A DNA stretch of 64,000 nt, taken from NCBI RefSeq assembly GCF_006345805.1, contig NC_043005.1, positions 11,842,001 to 11,906,000 of the forward strand. The letters are read 5' to 3'. Below the pieces are notes generated by a model. The model had not been told where the DNA came from. It ran no database searches and was given only the letters and a program-made list of their open reading frames with translations. The position numbers and the translations under genes were made by a program. Every line of letters starts with the position of its first letter. Position 1 is the stretch's first letter. This DNA comes from Octopus sinensis (taxonomy: Eukaryota). Below, piece by piece: positions 11,741-24,164 of this stretch.

Positions 11741-14700
11741 ATCAATATAGGGTGCCAAAAAAAAATTTTGTAGAATTTTTTTGCCACCAGCGGCCTAGTG
11801 GGAAAAAATTAAATAGTCATAGACCATTTTTAAGTTCAACATCAACAATCAAGGAACGGCCATAATAGGCCATTCACCCACTAGAAATAACAGCCAAAGC
11901 TTCAACCGCAAATAAAAGTCAATTCCGTAAACAGGAGAAAATTTAAAAAACATTTACCCTGTAATTTCTTATACGATGCACCGTTTCGTCTGCTGTTTAA
12001 TGGTAAACTAACCTGATTAAATTAAATCAAGCCAATCTTCCATAGGCCCTCAGATTCTTCAGTAAGAAATAGCCACAAGTCGGAACAGATATTTTCACGA
12101 GGCATTTCCGACCCTGCCAAGTTAATATCTGACCTAAAATTTTCAAATCATCGCACTCGCGCCAAATTTATCGGCAGCAAATAAATATAAGCCGTCGATT
12201 CCATTACGGAATTAACCAGAAAATTCATAATTAATCAATATAGGGTGCCAAAAAAAATTTTGTAGAATTTTTTTGCCACCAGCGGCCTAGTGGGAAAAAA
12301 TTAATAGTCATAGACCATTTTAAGTTCAACATCAACAATCAAGGAACGGCCATAATAGGCCATTCACCCACTAGAAATAACAGCCAAAGCTTCAACCGCA
12401 AATAAAAGTCAATTCCGTAAACAGAAGAAAATTTAAAAAAAATTTACCCTGTAATTTCTTATACGATGCACCGTTTCGTCTGCTGTTTAATGGTAAACTA
12501 ACCTGATTAAATTAAATCAAGCCAATCTTCCATAGGCCCTCAGATTCTTCAGTAAGAAATAGCCACAAGTCGGAACAGATATTTTCACGAGGCATTTCCG
12601 ACCCTGCCAAGTTAATATCTGACCTAAAATTTTCAAATCATCGCACTCGCGCCAAATTTATCGGCAGCAAATAAATATAAGCCGTCGATTCCATTACGGA
12701 ATTAACCAGAAAATTCATAATTAATCAATATAGGGTGCCAAAAAAAATTTTGTAGAATTTTTTTGCCACCAGCGGCCTAGTGGGAAAAAATTAAATAGTC
12801 ATAGACCATTTTAAGTTCAATATCAACAATCAAGGAACGGCCATAATAGGCCATTCACCCACTAGAAATAACAGCCAAAGCTTCAACCGCAAATAAAAGT
12901 CAATTCCGTAAACAGGAGAAAATTTAAAAAACATTTACCCTGTAATTTCTTATACGATGCACCGTTTCGTCTGCTGTTTAATGGTAAACTAACCTGATTA
13001 AATTAAATCAAGCCAATCTTCCATAGGCCCTCAGATTCTTCAGTAAGAAATAGCCACAAGTCGGAACAGATATTTTCACGAGGCATTTCCGACCCTGCCA
13101 AGTTAATATCTGACCTAAAATTTTCAAATCATCGCACTCGCGCCAAATTTATCGGCAGCAAATAAATATAAGCCGTCGATTCCATTACGGAATTAACCAG
13201 AAAATTCATAATTAATCAATATAGGGTGCCAAAAAAAATTTTGTAGAATTTTTTTGCCACCAGCGGCCTAGTGGGAAAAAATTAAATAGTCATAGACCAT
13301 TTTTAAGTTCAACATCAACAATCAAGGAACGGCCATAATAGGCCATTCACCCACTAGAAATAACAGCCAAAGCTTCAACCGCAAATAAAAGTCAATTCCG
13401 TAAACAGGAGAAAATTTAAAAAACATTTACCCTGTAATTTCTTATACGATGCACCGTTTCGTCTGCTGTTTAATGGTAAACTAACCTGATTAAATTAAAT
13501 CAAGCCAATCTTCCATAGGCCTTCAGATTCTTCAGTAAGAAATAGCCACAAGTCGGAACAGATATTTTCACGAGGCATTTCCGACCCTGCCAAGTTAATA
13601 TCTGACCTAAAATTTTCAAATCATCGCACTCGCGCCAAATTTATCGGCAGCAAATAAATATAAGCCGTCGATTCCATTACGGAATTAACCAGAAAATTCA
13701 TAATTAATCAATATAGGGTGCCAAAAAAAATTTTGTAGAATTTTTTTGCCACCAGCGGCCTAGTGGGAAAAAATTAAATAGTCATAGACCATTTTTAAGT
13801 TCAATATCAACAATCAAGGAACGGCCATAATAGGCCATTCACCCACTAGAAATAACAGCCAAAGCTTCAACCGCAAATAAAAGTCAATTCCGTAAACAGG
13901 AGAAAATTTAAAAAACATTTACCCTGTAATTTCTTATACGATGCACCGTTTCGTCTGCTGTTAATGGTAAACTAACCTGATTAAATTAAATCAAGCCAAT
14001 CTTCCATAGGCCCTCAGATTCTTCAGTAAGAAATAGCCACAAGTCGGAACAGATATTTTCACGAGGCATTTCCGACCCTGCCAAGTTAATATCTGACCTA
14101 AAATTTTCAAATCATCGCACTCGCGCCAAATTTATCGGCAGCAAATAAATATAAGCCGCCGATTCCATTACGGAATTAACCAGAAAATTCATAATTAATC
14201 AATATAGGGTGCCAAAAAAAATTTTGTAGAATTTTTTTGCCACCAGCGGCCTAGTGGGAAAAAATTAAATAGTCATAGACCTTTTTTAAGTTCAACATCA
14301 CAATCAAGGAACGGCCATAATAGGCCATTCACCCACTAGAAATAACAGCCAAAGCTTCAACCGCAAATAAAAGTCAATTCCGTAAACAGGAGAAAATTTA
14401 AAAAACATTTACCCTGTAATTTCTTATACGATGCACCGTTTCGTCTGCTGTTTAATGGTAAACTAACCTGATAAATTAAATCAAGCCAATCTTCCATAGG
14501 CCTTCAGATTCTTCAGTAAGAAATAGCCACAAGTCGGAACAGATATTTTCACGAGGCATTTCCGACCCTGCCAAGTTAATATCTGACCTAAAATTTTCAA
14601 ATCATCGCACTCGCGCCAAATTTATCGGCAGCAAATAAATATAAGCCGTCGATTCCATTACGGAATTAACCAGAAAATTCATAATTAATCAATATAGGGT

Positions 14701-14774
14701 GCCAAAAAAAATTTTGTAGAATTTTTTTGCCACCAGCGGCCTAGTGGGAAAAAATTAAATAGTCATAGACCATT
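11740..14774. repeat. Tandem array of ~491-bp units (6 full units plus a ~88-bp partial)
   Basis: Unit starts (AATCAATATAGGGTG) at 11740, 12233, 12723, 13214, 13706, 14197 and 14687; units near-identical; both array ends abut (TA)n. Confidence 0.97.
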
Positions 14775-14804
14775 ATATATATATATATATATATAATATA
14801 TATA

Positions 14805-15032
14805 TATATATATAAACCAATGTCAAGATGTATGCAATAGGTGTACGTACGTATGTGTGTGTTGTCCATATATATATATACATATATATATATGTACATA
14901 TACATATAAGCTAATTTCAACGGATTTCGCTCAAATTTGACGTCGATGTTATCTAGTTTGGTTTAAAATAAAGAACTCGATTAGCTTAATAATCGTAACT
15001 TAATCCCGGGCAAAGCTGGGTTATACTGCTAT
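14805..15032 (+). mobile_element. Short non-autonomous Helitron-like element
   Basis: TATATATAAA start, (GT)n body, then GC hairpin CCCGGGCAAAGCTGGG (15005-15020) followed ~8 nt later by CTAT, a degenerate CTRR terminus. Confidence 0.45.
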
Positions 15033-15276
15033 TCATTCACTATTTCTATCTCTCAATCTTCTTATGTTCGTAATTCCTCCTTTTTAACTAATGAAATATT
15101 AACGTCCAAAATGTTACCTTACTATCTTCATCTTCCGACATTTGAAGCATATTTGCAAAATTACGTTCTTACTCTTATTCTTTTTAATCCTGATTGTTTT
15201 TACACTATGCTTAAATACGTACAGATACATATATACAGACAAATGCACACATATATGCATGTGTATGTGTGTGATA

Positions 15277-15658
15277 GGAGGCGCAATGGCCCACTGGTTA
15301 GGGCAGCGGACTCGTGGTCGAAGGATCGCAGTTTCGATTCCCAGACCGGGCGTTGTGAGTGTTTATTGAGCGAAAACACCTAAAGCTTCACGAGGCTCCG
15401 GCAGGGATGGTGGTGATCCCTGCTGTACTCTTTCACCACAACTTTCTCTCACTCTTACTTCCTGTTTCTGTTGTACCTGTATTTCAAAGGGCCGGCCTTC
15501 TCACTCTCTGTGTCACGCTGAATATCCCCGAGAACTACGTTAAGGGTACACGTGTCTGTGGAGTGCTCAGCCAGTTACACGTTAATTTCACGAGCAGGCT
15601 GTTCCGTTGATTCGGATCAACCGGAACCCTCGTCGTCGTAACCGACGGAGTGCTTCCA
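15277..15658 (+). mobile_element. Full-length tRNA-derived SINE (family D)
   Basis: A box TGGCCCACTGG, B box GTTTCGATTCC; 11-bp TSD ATGTGTGTGAT at 15265-15275 and 15662-15672. Confidence 0.92.
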
Positions 15659-16575
15659 TCCATGTGTGTGATGCTCTTATTTCAGATATTTGTGTTTTTT
15701 AACCCCGAACTTCGTTACTTGTATTTTTGTAGCATTTCGCTCCGGTAAAAGAGAAGCACACTCGCGTAAAAGTTTTCTCATTGGCTGCAAGCATTTATAG
15801 CCATTGTGGCTTTAGATCCGGGTTATTTCAGATTGACTGATAGAATATTTTCTCTGAACCTAACCTGTCTTTTTGCATTATTAAGAGCTACATTGTCCAT
15901 AGTATACACTCACTGACACACCCAATATATACACATGAACATATAAAATGAGATATTAAAGATCAGATACAGAATGAGTGAAGGGGAAATAGAAAGAGAG
16001 AAATTTCCAAACGAAAAGAGACGGAAAATATTGAATCCAATAACGAGCAAAGCAGAACATTACTTTAAAGTGGACTTGTTACATGTTATTTCTCATAAAG
16101 AAATGAGACGAATATACGCTTATACATATGTGTGTGTAGTGTAACTATCTGCTCATACGTTGTTCTTCAATATCTAGAAATTGATGTCAGCAAAACCCAT
16201 TTCATTTCAATATATATTTTAAGTTATGTAGGATGCGATGTTTTGCCTAAGAGGAAGCGTATCATCCTAAGTACCTTGCAGTATTTCAGTTTCAGTATTA
16301 CATATTTCAGACTGTAATTTTGGATTCCCCATTTCGAGTGAGTCAGTTATTTCAACATCTATACTGGATTTGACAACAAAGCAAACACACAAAAACAAAA
16401 TGTATTTCAATGAGAGAGAGCTGGCTCCATTCTAATATGTTTACTGACATAATCAACATACCATACAGTTAACCGTATGTGAGGGCGCACATACGCACAC
16501 ACGCGCGTATTATATATATAATATATATATATATATTATATTCATATATATATACATATATACAAACATATATAT

Positions 16576-16622
<47 letters not shown>

Positions 16623-16814
16623 TAACGGGAAAGTTTACGAAAATAAACAAAAGACGAAGGCAGGTGGTGTACAAACAAACAAATGTATTAGTATAGCGCT
16701 CAGGAATAGAAAAAGTCTGTTACGTTTTGAGCTTACGCTCTTCCACAGAAAGATACACAGAAAAAAACAAGGAGAGAAAAAAATTCGTGTTATAGCTAAC
16801 GATCTATCATGGCG
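16623..16814 (-). mobile_element. Family-E ~200-bp element (Penelope-like terminus) with degenerate hammerhead motif
   Basis: Homologous to 17382, 34986 and 44879; ends CCCGTTA then (TA)n; GAAA core changed to AAAA. Confidence 0.8.
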
Positions 16815-16939
16815 TCTGTATATATATATATATACATATATATCAATATCAATAATACAGTGATTGTTTCTTGTCAGGAACAAAAAGATTAATAGGACTG
16901 CTCTAGAAGTGCTCTATTGAAAGAGACAAAAATATCAAC

Positions 16940-17187
16940 CTAAAGTTATTGAACAAACAAATGCAAGGCCATCCGCATAGCATTTCATAATTCGAACATT
17001 TAATCATAGAATATACATATAAACATCCCGCAAGATGGAACATAATTCATCTGTACAAGCATTTAAGCATATAATAATAATAAGGATCGAGAAAAATTTT
17101 TTTTTTCTTCACAGTTTAGAGTTAATACTTTAGCGATTCAGAAATGCTATGCGGATGACCTTGCATTTGTTTGTTCAATAACTTTAG
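16940..17187. repeat. 47-bp inverted repeat (1 mismatch, 154-bp spacer) encoding an RT YADD fragment
   Basis: 16940-16986 is the reverse complement of 17141-17187; the latter reads KCYADDLAFVCSITL. Confidence 0.85.
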
Positions 17188-17268
17188 TTTGAATATATAT
17201 ATATATATATATAATATATATATATATATATTATATATATATATATATAATACATAATATATATATAG

Positions 17269-17587
<319 letters not shown>

Positions 17588-17601
17588 ATATATGTATATA
17601 T

Positions 17602-17677
<76 letters not shown>

Positions 17678-17889
17678 TATAGGTATATATGTTATATAAT
17701 ATATATATATACATATATATATATAATATATATGTTATATATATATATATAAAAATATATATATATTATATATATATATACATACATACAAACATATAAT
17801 ATATATGCAATTCAAGATGGTAGGGAAGCCGTAGCGTCCAGAGCCCCCAAGTTTCACTACGGCCGCTAACCTCATTCTACCAGATGATC

Positions 17890-18170
17890 CACAGAAAGAT
17901 ACATGAGTGGAACCATTTTAATGAGACTTTCGAAGCGTACCAGGCATTAATGGAGTGCCATAACAGAAAGGAGTCGAGGATCACGTGAGTTTTTTGCGTA
18001 GGTGGTTAGCAGGTCGTTACTTAACCAAGGCTTTTGGATTTCTGGGTATTGCAGAAGAAAACAAGTGAAAAGCCATCAGGAATGACATCACGGTTAAGGT
18101 GAAAATATCTATATTATTCTGGCTAGAAAGAGGCGATGAGAAGGAAGGAACTAACGGAATATCTGCTTGA
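17890..18170 (+). mobile_element. Decayed C-terminus of a HERO/NeSL-like RLE retrotransposon
   Basis: LRRWLAGRYLTKAFGFLGIAEENK*KAIRNDI resembles CRGFAG.SL.KA...LGI.G..KRKAI. Confidence 0.45.
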
Positions 18171-18339
18171 CAATCTGTCACGAGGCTTTTCGAGCTTTAT
18201 TGCAACACTCGTAAATACCTAATGGCGTCTCATCAGCAATGGTGATATGTTTAAGCTTTGTAATCGTATATGCATAAAGAGTTATAAGCATACATACACA
18301 CACATACTCACATACACACACATACTTAAATATATGCAC

Positions 18340-18388
18340 ATACATACATACATACATACATACATACACACATACATACATACATACA

Positions 18389-18420
<32 letters not shown>

Positions 18421-18458
18421 AACATACATACATACGTACATACGTACATACGTACATG
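18340..18458. repeat. (CATA)n microsatellite
   Basis: Direct reading. Confidence 0.95.
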
Positions 18459-18499
18459 ACATGCCCGATATAGTGATTTAGAACGAGAAAGGGAAACTG

Positions 18500-19025
18500 T
18501 GCAGTTATGCATCTCAGCGGGTGTTACTATAAAGCTAAAGATCAGTGAAAATGAAAATACCTATACTAAAGTATTGAAAAATCTGCAGATTCTCTAACCA
18601 GATTACAAGTTCATGTTGATACCTGTAATTAGTGGGGCACTGAGATAGGTAACAGATTACCTAAGTTCCAATCTTCAGAAATTATACTTCTCGAAATTAG
18701 AAAAGAGAAAGCTAATTGAAAGACTACAGATCCAGTCCATCACTGGAACTGTAAAAATCTGTAAAACATTCCATAAGGTTAACGTTTACGTACGTATGCA
18801 CATTTATAGACATGCAACTCTATGCACGAGAATACATTCATAAAACAAAACATACAAAGTTGCATATGCACTGACTCCAAATACTGCACATATGAATACA
18901 TACATACTTTCATACATGTATTCAAAAATACCCTGTTGAAATTCCTGTGAAGTAGTTTTGGATCTTGGACAGGAACCAGCTCCTTCTCTATTGGCAAGTA
19001 ATCATGAAATAAAACCGAATAATGA
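18500..19025 (+). mobile_element. 3' end (ORF C-terminus plus 3' UTR) of an R4-like RLE retrotransposon
   Basis: NLQIL*PDYKFMLIPVISGAL...LIERLQIQSITGTVKICKTF; UTR homologous to 44545-44790 and 45095-45205. Confidence 0.65.
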
Positions 19026-20082
19026 CATGCATGCATACATAATACATACATGCATACATACATACATACATACATACATACATACATACATACATGCATA
19101 CATACATACACAAATGGTGGCTGCCCCTTCGTTATCAAGTATGGCCATTGCACGAAGCTTAATCAATGTTGTTATCGTGCAATGCCTGAGCAAGAAGATT
19201 TTTTTAAAGTGTGGAAAGGCTGTGCACTGAGTCAATCCCACTCACTAAGCAACAGCAGCCATAATCCGAAAAGAAGAACAAGTCAACATCATCGGTAACC
19301 ACTGAGCCGTAGGTTTTATGTCGGAGTTATCCCAGTTACCTGAGTTACCTTCACCTAGGAGGATGCCCTAACAAAGGCTAGGAGTCCTTCACTCCCAATG
19401 GTTTAACCGCACAATCGGGTATTCAGTCCGATTATTTCTATGTCCCCGCGCATGATACAGCCTTAAGACATTTATTGGATGGCCGTTGACTCTCAACGTA
19501 TATATATATACATATATACATACATGCATATTGACAGGCAGACAGACAGAATCTTTACGGTTACGCGCAGCAGGGCCGAATTTTTTTTTTAAATATCTAA
19601 ACATGTAATGTTTCATAATATTTTCAAGAACTCAATAACCTGAAGTTAGTTTGCTTAAAAAATTGAAATTGTGGTTAATTTCAGCCATTCTAATGAAGCC
19701 GACGCTCATAAGCAGTTTTATTATTGTTATTATTACTATTACTTTTTGTTTTTGAGGGTGAGACACGTCTTTATGTAGAAATGTATGTAAAGATTTGAAA
19801 TACCTGATGAAAGAAAATGAAATTAATAATAAAAGTGTAACACAGATGTTTTAAATATGTGAAATATTCAATGTAAAATTCTCCCACCATTACCACTACC
19901 ATCACCCCCCCCAAAAAAAAAAAATCGGATCTTATATGTGAAATGAAAAACAACCTCTGTGCATACATACATTCATACAGTCAAACGCTCAAACCTACTT
20001 AAACACACACACATGTATGCAAATATATTAATGTGTACATGAATGTGCGCGAAATTGGGAGTGTAGTATATTTTTCCTCTTG

Positions 20083-20376
20083 AAGGTGGCGAGCTGGAAG
20101 AAATGTTAGCACGCCGGGCGAAATGCGTAGCCTAATTTCGTCTGCCGTTACGTTTGTCTGTCCTCGTTTGTCTTCTCTGTGTTTAGCCCCTTGTGGGTAG
20201 TAAAGAAATAGGTACTTCGTCTGCCGCTACGTTCTGAGTTCAAATTCTGCCGTGGTTGACTTTGCCTTTCATCCTTTCGGGGTCCATAAGCTAAGTACCT
20301 GTTGCGTACTGGGGTCGATCAAATTGACTGCAACCATCCCTCAAACTTCGGGCCTTGTACCTAGAGTAGAAAAGAA
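20083..20376 (+). mobile_element. Composite A/B SINE (head, deleted A unit, B unit)
   Basis: Head GGTGGCGAGCTGG..GTTAGCACGCCGGGCGAAATGC; internal junction AAGAAATAG|GTACTTCGTCTG; B tail GGCCTTGTACCTAGAGTAGAAAAG. Confidence 0.8.
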
Positions 20377-20506
20377 TGTTTTTTCATATTTATCACAGTA
20401 ATACTAACTACTTACTGTCGAATTTGTGTACGCCAGCATGTTCTTTTATGTGTTTCAGCCAGGTGGCTGTGGTTATGCTGGAGCACCACCATGAAAAAAA
20501 AAAGGT

Positions 20507-20576
20507 TGTCCCTGGGTGGGCTCGAACCACCAACATTTCGGGCAATAGCCGAACGCACTACCGATTGCGCTACATT
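20507..20576 (-). pseudogene. tRNA-Asn-derived pseudogene
   Basis: Minus strand TGTAGCGCAATCGGTAGTGCGTTCGGCTATTGCCCGAAATGTTGGTGGTTCGAGCCCACCCAGGGAC matches metazoan tRNA-Asn; anticodon loop mutated, 5' acceptor strand lost, oligo-T downstream. Confidence 0.75.
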
Positions 20577-20868
20577 TATTTTATACGCGCGAACACACAC
20601 TTTATATAAATTCCTTTCCCTACATCGTATTTATCAAATGCTAATTTCAGTACAGTTGCCACTAGAGTTACAAGTAAACGAAAATTCTATAGGCATTATG
20701 AATAATATATAGTTGACATTAATCAGATAAGATGAAGGCATGGAGGCTAAATGTGAATTGATGTTGGAAAGATACTGATGTAATGTGAACAGCGCTGACA
20801 AACTAATACCGCGGTGCCTTGAGCAAACATTTTCTAGTATTTGTTTCAAACTAATTCGACAGAGAATA

Positions 20869-21282
20869 CCTATTTCTTTGCTACCCACAAGGGGCTAAAC
20901 ATAGAAGGGACAAACAAGGACAGACAAACGGATTAAGTCGATTATATCGAGCCCAGTGCGTAACTGGTACTTATTTAATCGACCCCGAAAGTATAAAAGG
21001 CAAAGTCGACCTCGGCGGAATTTGAACTCTGAACGTAGCGGCAGACGAAATACCTATTTCTTTATTACCCACAAGGGGCTAAACATAGAGGGGACAAACA
21101 AGGACAGACATAGGTATTAAGTCGATTACATCGACCGCGTAACTGGTGCTTAATTTATCGACCCCGAAAGTATAAAAGGCAAAGTCGACCTCGAGGGAAT
21201 TTGAACTCTGAACGTAGCGGCAGACGAAATACCGCTAAGCATTTCGCCCGGCGTGCTAACGTTTCTGCCAGCTCGCCGCCTT
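20869..21282 (-). mobile_element. Family-A SINE with internally duplicated body (head+A+A)
   Basis: Two ~180-bp body units in tandem after one tRNA-like head. Confidence 0.85.
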
Positions 21283-21539
21283 TCTCAACAGACCTTGTAA
21301 CCATGACCGTCGTAAATGATGTGAACCATAATTATCTGAGAAAAATAATAATATATGAAAATCTTATTTTAGCTTCGATAATAATTTGGATGAAATTTAC
21401 TTTACTTAATGCTGCAGATAATTTCGAAAAAGAGCTGAATGTTCCATAATTTTCTTTCTTTTAATGAGTATGTATAGAAAATCAACTGACTTCCATATAC
21501 AAAGAAATAAGCTTAGGCAGGGGAAACAATTCTTCAAGA

Positions 21540-22230
21540 AGAGCACTGGATGAGCGACAATGAGTCCTTACACTTGGGCTCCAGGAACTCTCTTGTGGAG
21601 TTCGGGAGGATTGAGAAGCTAATTTCATGCTCACCTCAGCAGCCGATGCCCTTCGCGATAATGGGTGCATTCTCATCGGAATGGCGCAGCGCTTCGGTCC
21701 CCGTGCATGTGAGCTGCACAAATGCCATTGTGGGACAGTAGTCGATGAATTTCGCCTGCAAACATTATCTTGCAGTCATAGAGCGGGTCTGTTACCCTGA
21801 ATTGCCGCTCAGAATGACATAATTATGAGGGTCATCCTAAGTAGTTTCCCGCAGTTAGCTTCCTGTTTCAAGAGGAACCAGTAGTTCTTGACCGCGGAAA
21901 TGGTGAACACCCTGACGGAATAAGATTTTTCCATATGGCAGATTCCTGATCTGAGACGCGACTTGCAGCAACACGTTCTGCGGCTGCTCCAGTCTTGCTG
22001 CAGCGTAACTCAGAAGAACAAGCCTAGTTAAACTCAAGGGCCTGACCGGCCGCTATCAGTTTGGGCTGGTCGTTATCAAGGACCCAAATGTTCTCGGAGT
22101 CTACACTTCCAATTTCCATCGCAAAATCAGCATGAACCCCACGGGGTGGAGTGGCTACTGCAGCGAACGTTGTTGGCCATTCTCCGTGGCACGCCGTTGC
22201 AGTCATGTCGGTGGAGCGCGGCTGAACACG
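21540..22230 (+). mobile_element. Decayed 3' fragment of a CRE-clade non-LTR retrotransposon (CCHC knuckle plus restriction-like endonuclease)
   Basis: AQRFGPRACELHKCHCGTVVDEFRLQTLSCSHRAG...NDII and LDRGNGEHPDGI match CRE C.CG...D..G.H.LSC and RGDGKRPDG; GC-rich relative to flanks. Confidence 0.75.
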
Positions 22231-23611
22231 CCATTTGTTCTACGGTGTACAACCCGTTACTCTTTCCCCCACCATCTTCTTACATTTTGATACTGCGTTA
22301 TGGTGACAAATAATATTAACGTATATTGTAGATGGCAACCATAAGTTAGAATTTACGTGTCTATGAATCGCTAGAGGACATATTTTCCAATTTATGATAA
22401 ATAATAATTTATCCAATAGCTAGTATCATTCACTATCTGTGGTTCACTGTGATATTTCCAATATATTTCCAAGTATTTATTTGTAGTCATTATCAGTTTT
22501 ATCTATTGACTTAAGAACAGTATGACTCTCCCAGGAATATTTACCTCCAACTGTTCTTCGTTATGAATAACCTGTACTGGTGTCAGCCGAACCATGGCTG
22601 ATAATAACCTGTCAATCGTACCAAGTGTATCTGATGTACGTTTAATAAAGTATTTGTGTAATCCTAAGACATCATTTCTCCTGATTTGAACTACAGTTAC
22701 TTTCACATATCATTTATATAGTGTTTACATCCTGAGCAAGAGATATAAATGACTCCATACTCATTTTAATTGTTGCTGTTTAGCCACAGATCAACTCCGA
22801 TCGAATAGACTTGCAAACTAAAGCATTCTGTTCATGGCCATAACATTTTCCTACAATTTGCTAGAGTTGCATTAACAACTCTTCTTTGCTCTTTTTTTTT
22901 AAGACACGGGGGTAAATTCAGGAAGATTTAACAGCTTTGAAACCATGTAGAGTAAAATTTGTTAGCCAATAGCTCTCAGGCTGGTTGAAGTGCGCACAAC
23001 AGATCCATTTAACGTCTATAAAATTATGGCTAAATATTACACTGGCATATAATTTAGCAAGAACAATTGGACTTATTTTTATCCTTCAATAGTAAACAGC
23101 TGATTGTTAAGCTTGTATAATAACATTCATTTAGCCGAAGAAACTAGCATTATCTGTTGCAAAAATTTCGTTCTTTCAGCTTCATTCTAACACACCTGAG
23201 TTCAGCTATACATGATTTATAATTAATATTAAGATTTTCAGCCCTGTGTTTCTTAACGAGGATATAACACCTGCTGCAAATATTATATATTTCACTTGCT
23301 CTGCAATAAGTTTTCTTCAGTCTTGTATATTCTTCTTCTTGTTATCCACACATATAGTCATATGCATACATCCTGTGTAACACACACGCACGAACACATA
23401 CTCTATTTAGCAGTTAACTAGTATTTATATACCAATTGTTATAGATCTTGAATCAGGCTAAGATCTTATCTTCAATCTGTAGTTCATGAATAAACAATGG
23501 TCATAATCATTACTAAACTGAGTTCCAAAATTTATATACATATATAAATACATGTATACACATACATACGCGTGCGGTGTATGTGAATGTGTGTGTGCAT
23601 GTATGTATGTA

Positions 23612-23645
23612 TTGGGTTGTCCGGAAAGTTCGTGCCGATTTATAG
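23612..23645 (+). mobile_element. Solo mariner-type TIR fragment
   Basis: TA followed by TTGGGTTGTCCGGAAAGTTCGTGCCGATTT; no partner TIR seen. Confidence 0.5.
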
Positions 23646-23827
23646 TAGCTTACCTTTCGACTTATTTAATGATATATAATCTTATAATCTATATATATAA
23701 TATATAATCTTTAAAAAAAGTGAAGTAGACTGACGTAATTTTTGAACCTGTGGAAGGCACGCTAGATGCTGAAATATCGTTCAACCAATTTCACATGTTA
23801 ACTATGACAATCTTCTATCTATCTATC

Positions 23828-23900
<73 letters not shown>

Positions 23901-23960
23901 CATTATTATCATTATTATTATTATTATTATTATTATTGTTATTGTTGTTGTTGTTGTTGT
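23828..23960. repeat. (TTA)n/(TTG)n microsatellite
   Basis: Direct reading; source of the poly-Leu ORF. Confidence 0.95.
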
Positions 23961-24164
23961 CTTTCAATTTTATTTTCATTTCTTACCGAGTGTCTTCCCA
24001 AAACCTAGGACAAAGAAACTCGCTGTTTACATAGGTAGGCCATTAAAATAAATACACCCTGTTTGTTCGTTTACAGAGTCATGTGATACAAAAAAATGTG
24101 AAGAAAGAAGAAAGCAGGAAAAGAGAAAAAAAAAGACAAAAAGCAAAGAAAATAAGGGGGAAAG

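Noticed and set aside
11740-14774. CRISPR array or rDNA/5S/snRNA cluster
   Set aside because: Units are identical along their whole length with no unique spacers, no cas genes, and no recognisable RNA-gene sequence or ORF.
22503-22706. 67-aa minus-strand ORF in non-repetitive DNA
   Set aside because: No recognisable similarity or clear splice signals; the length is expected by chance.
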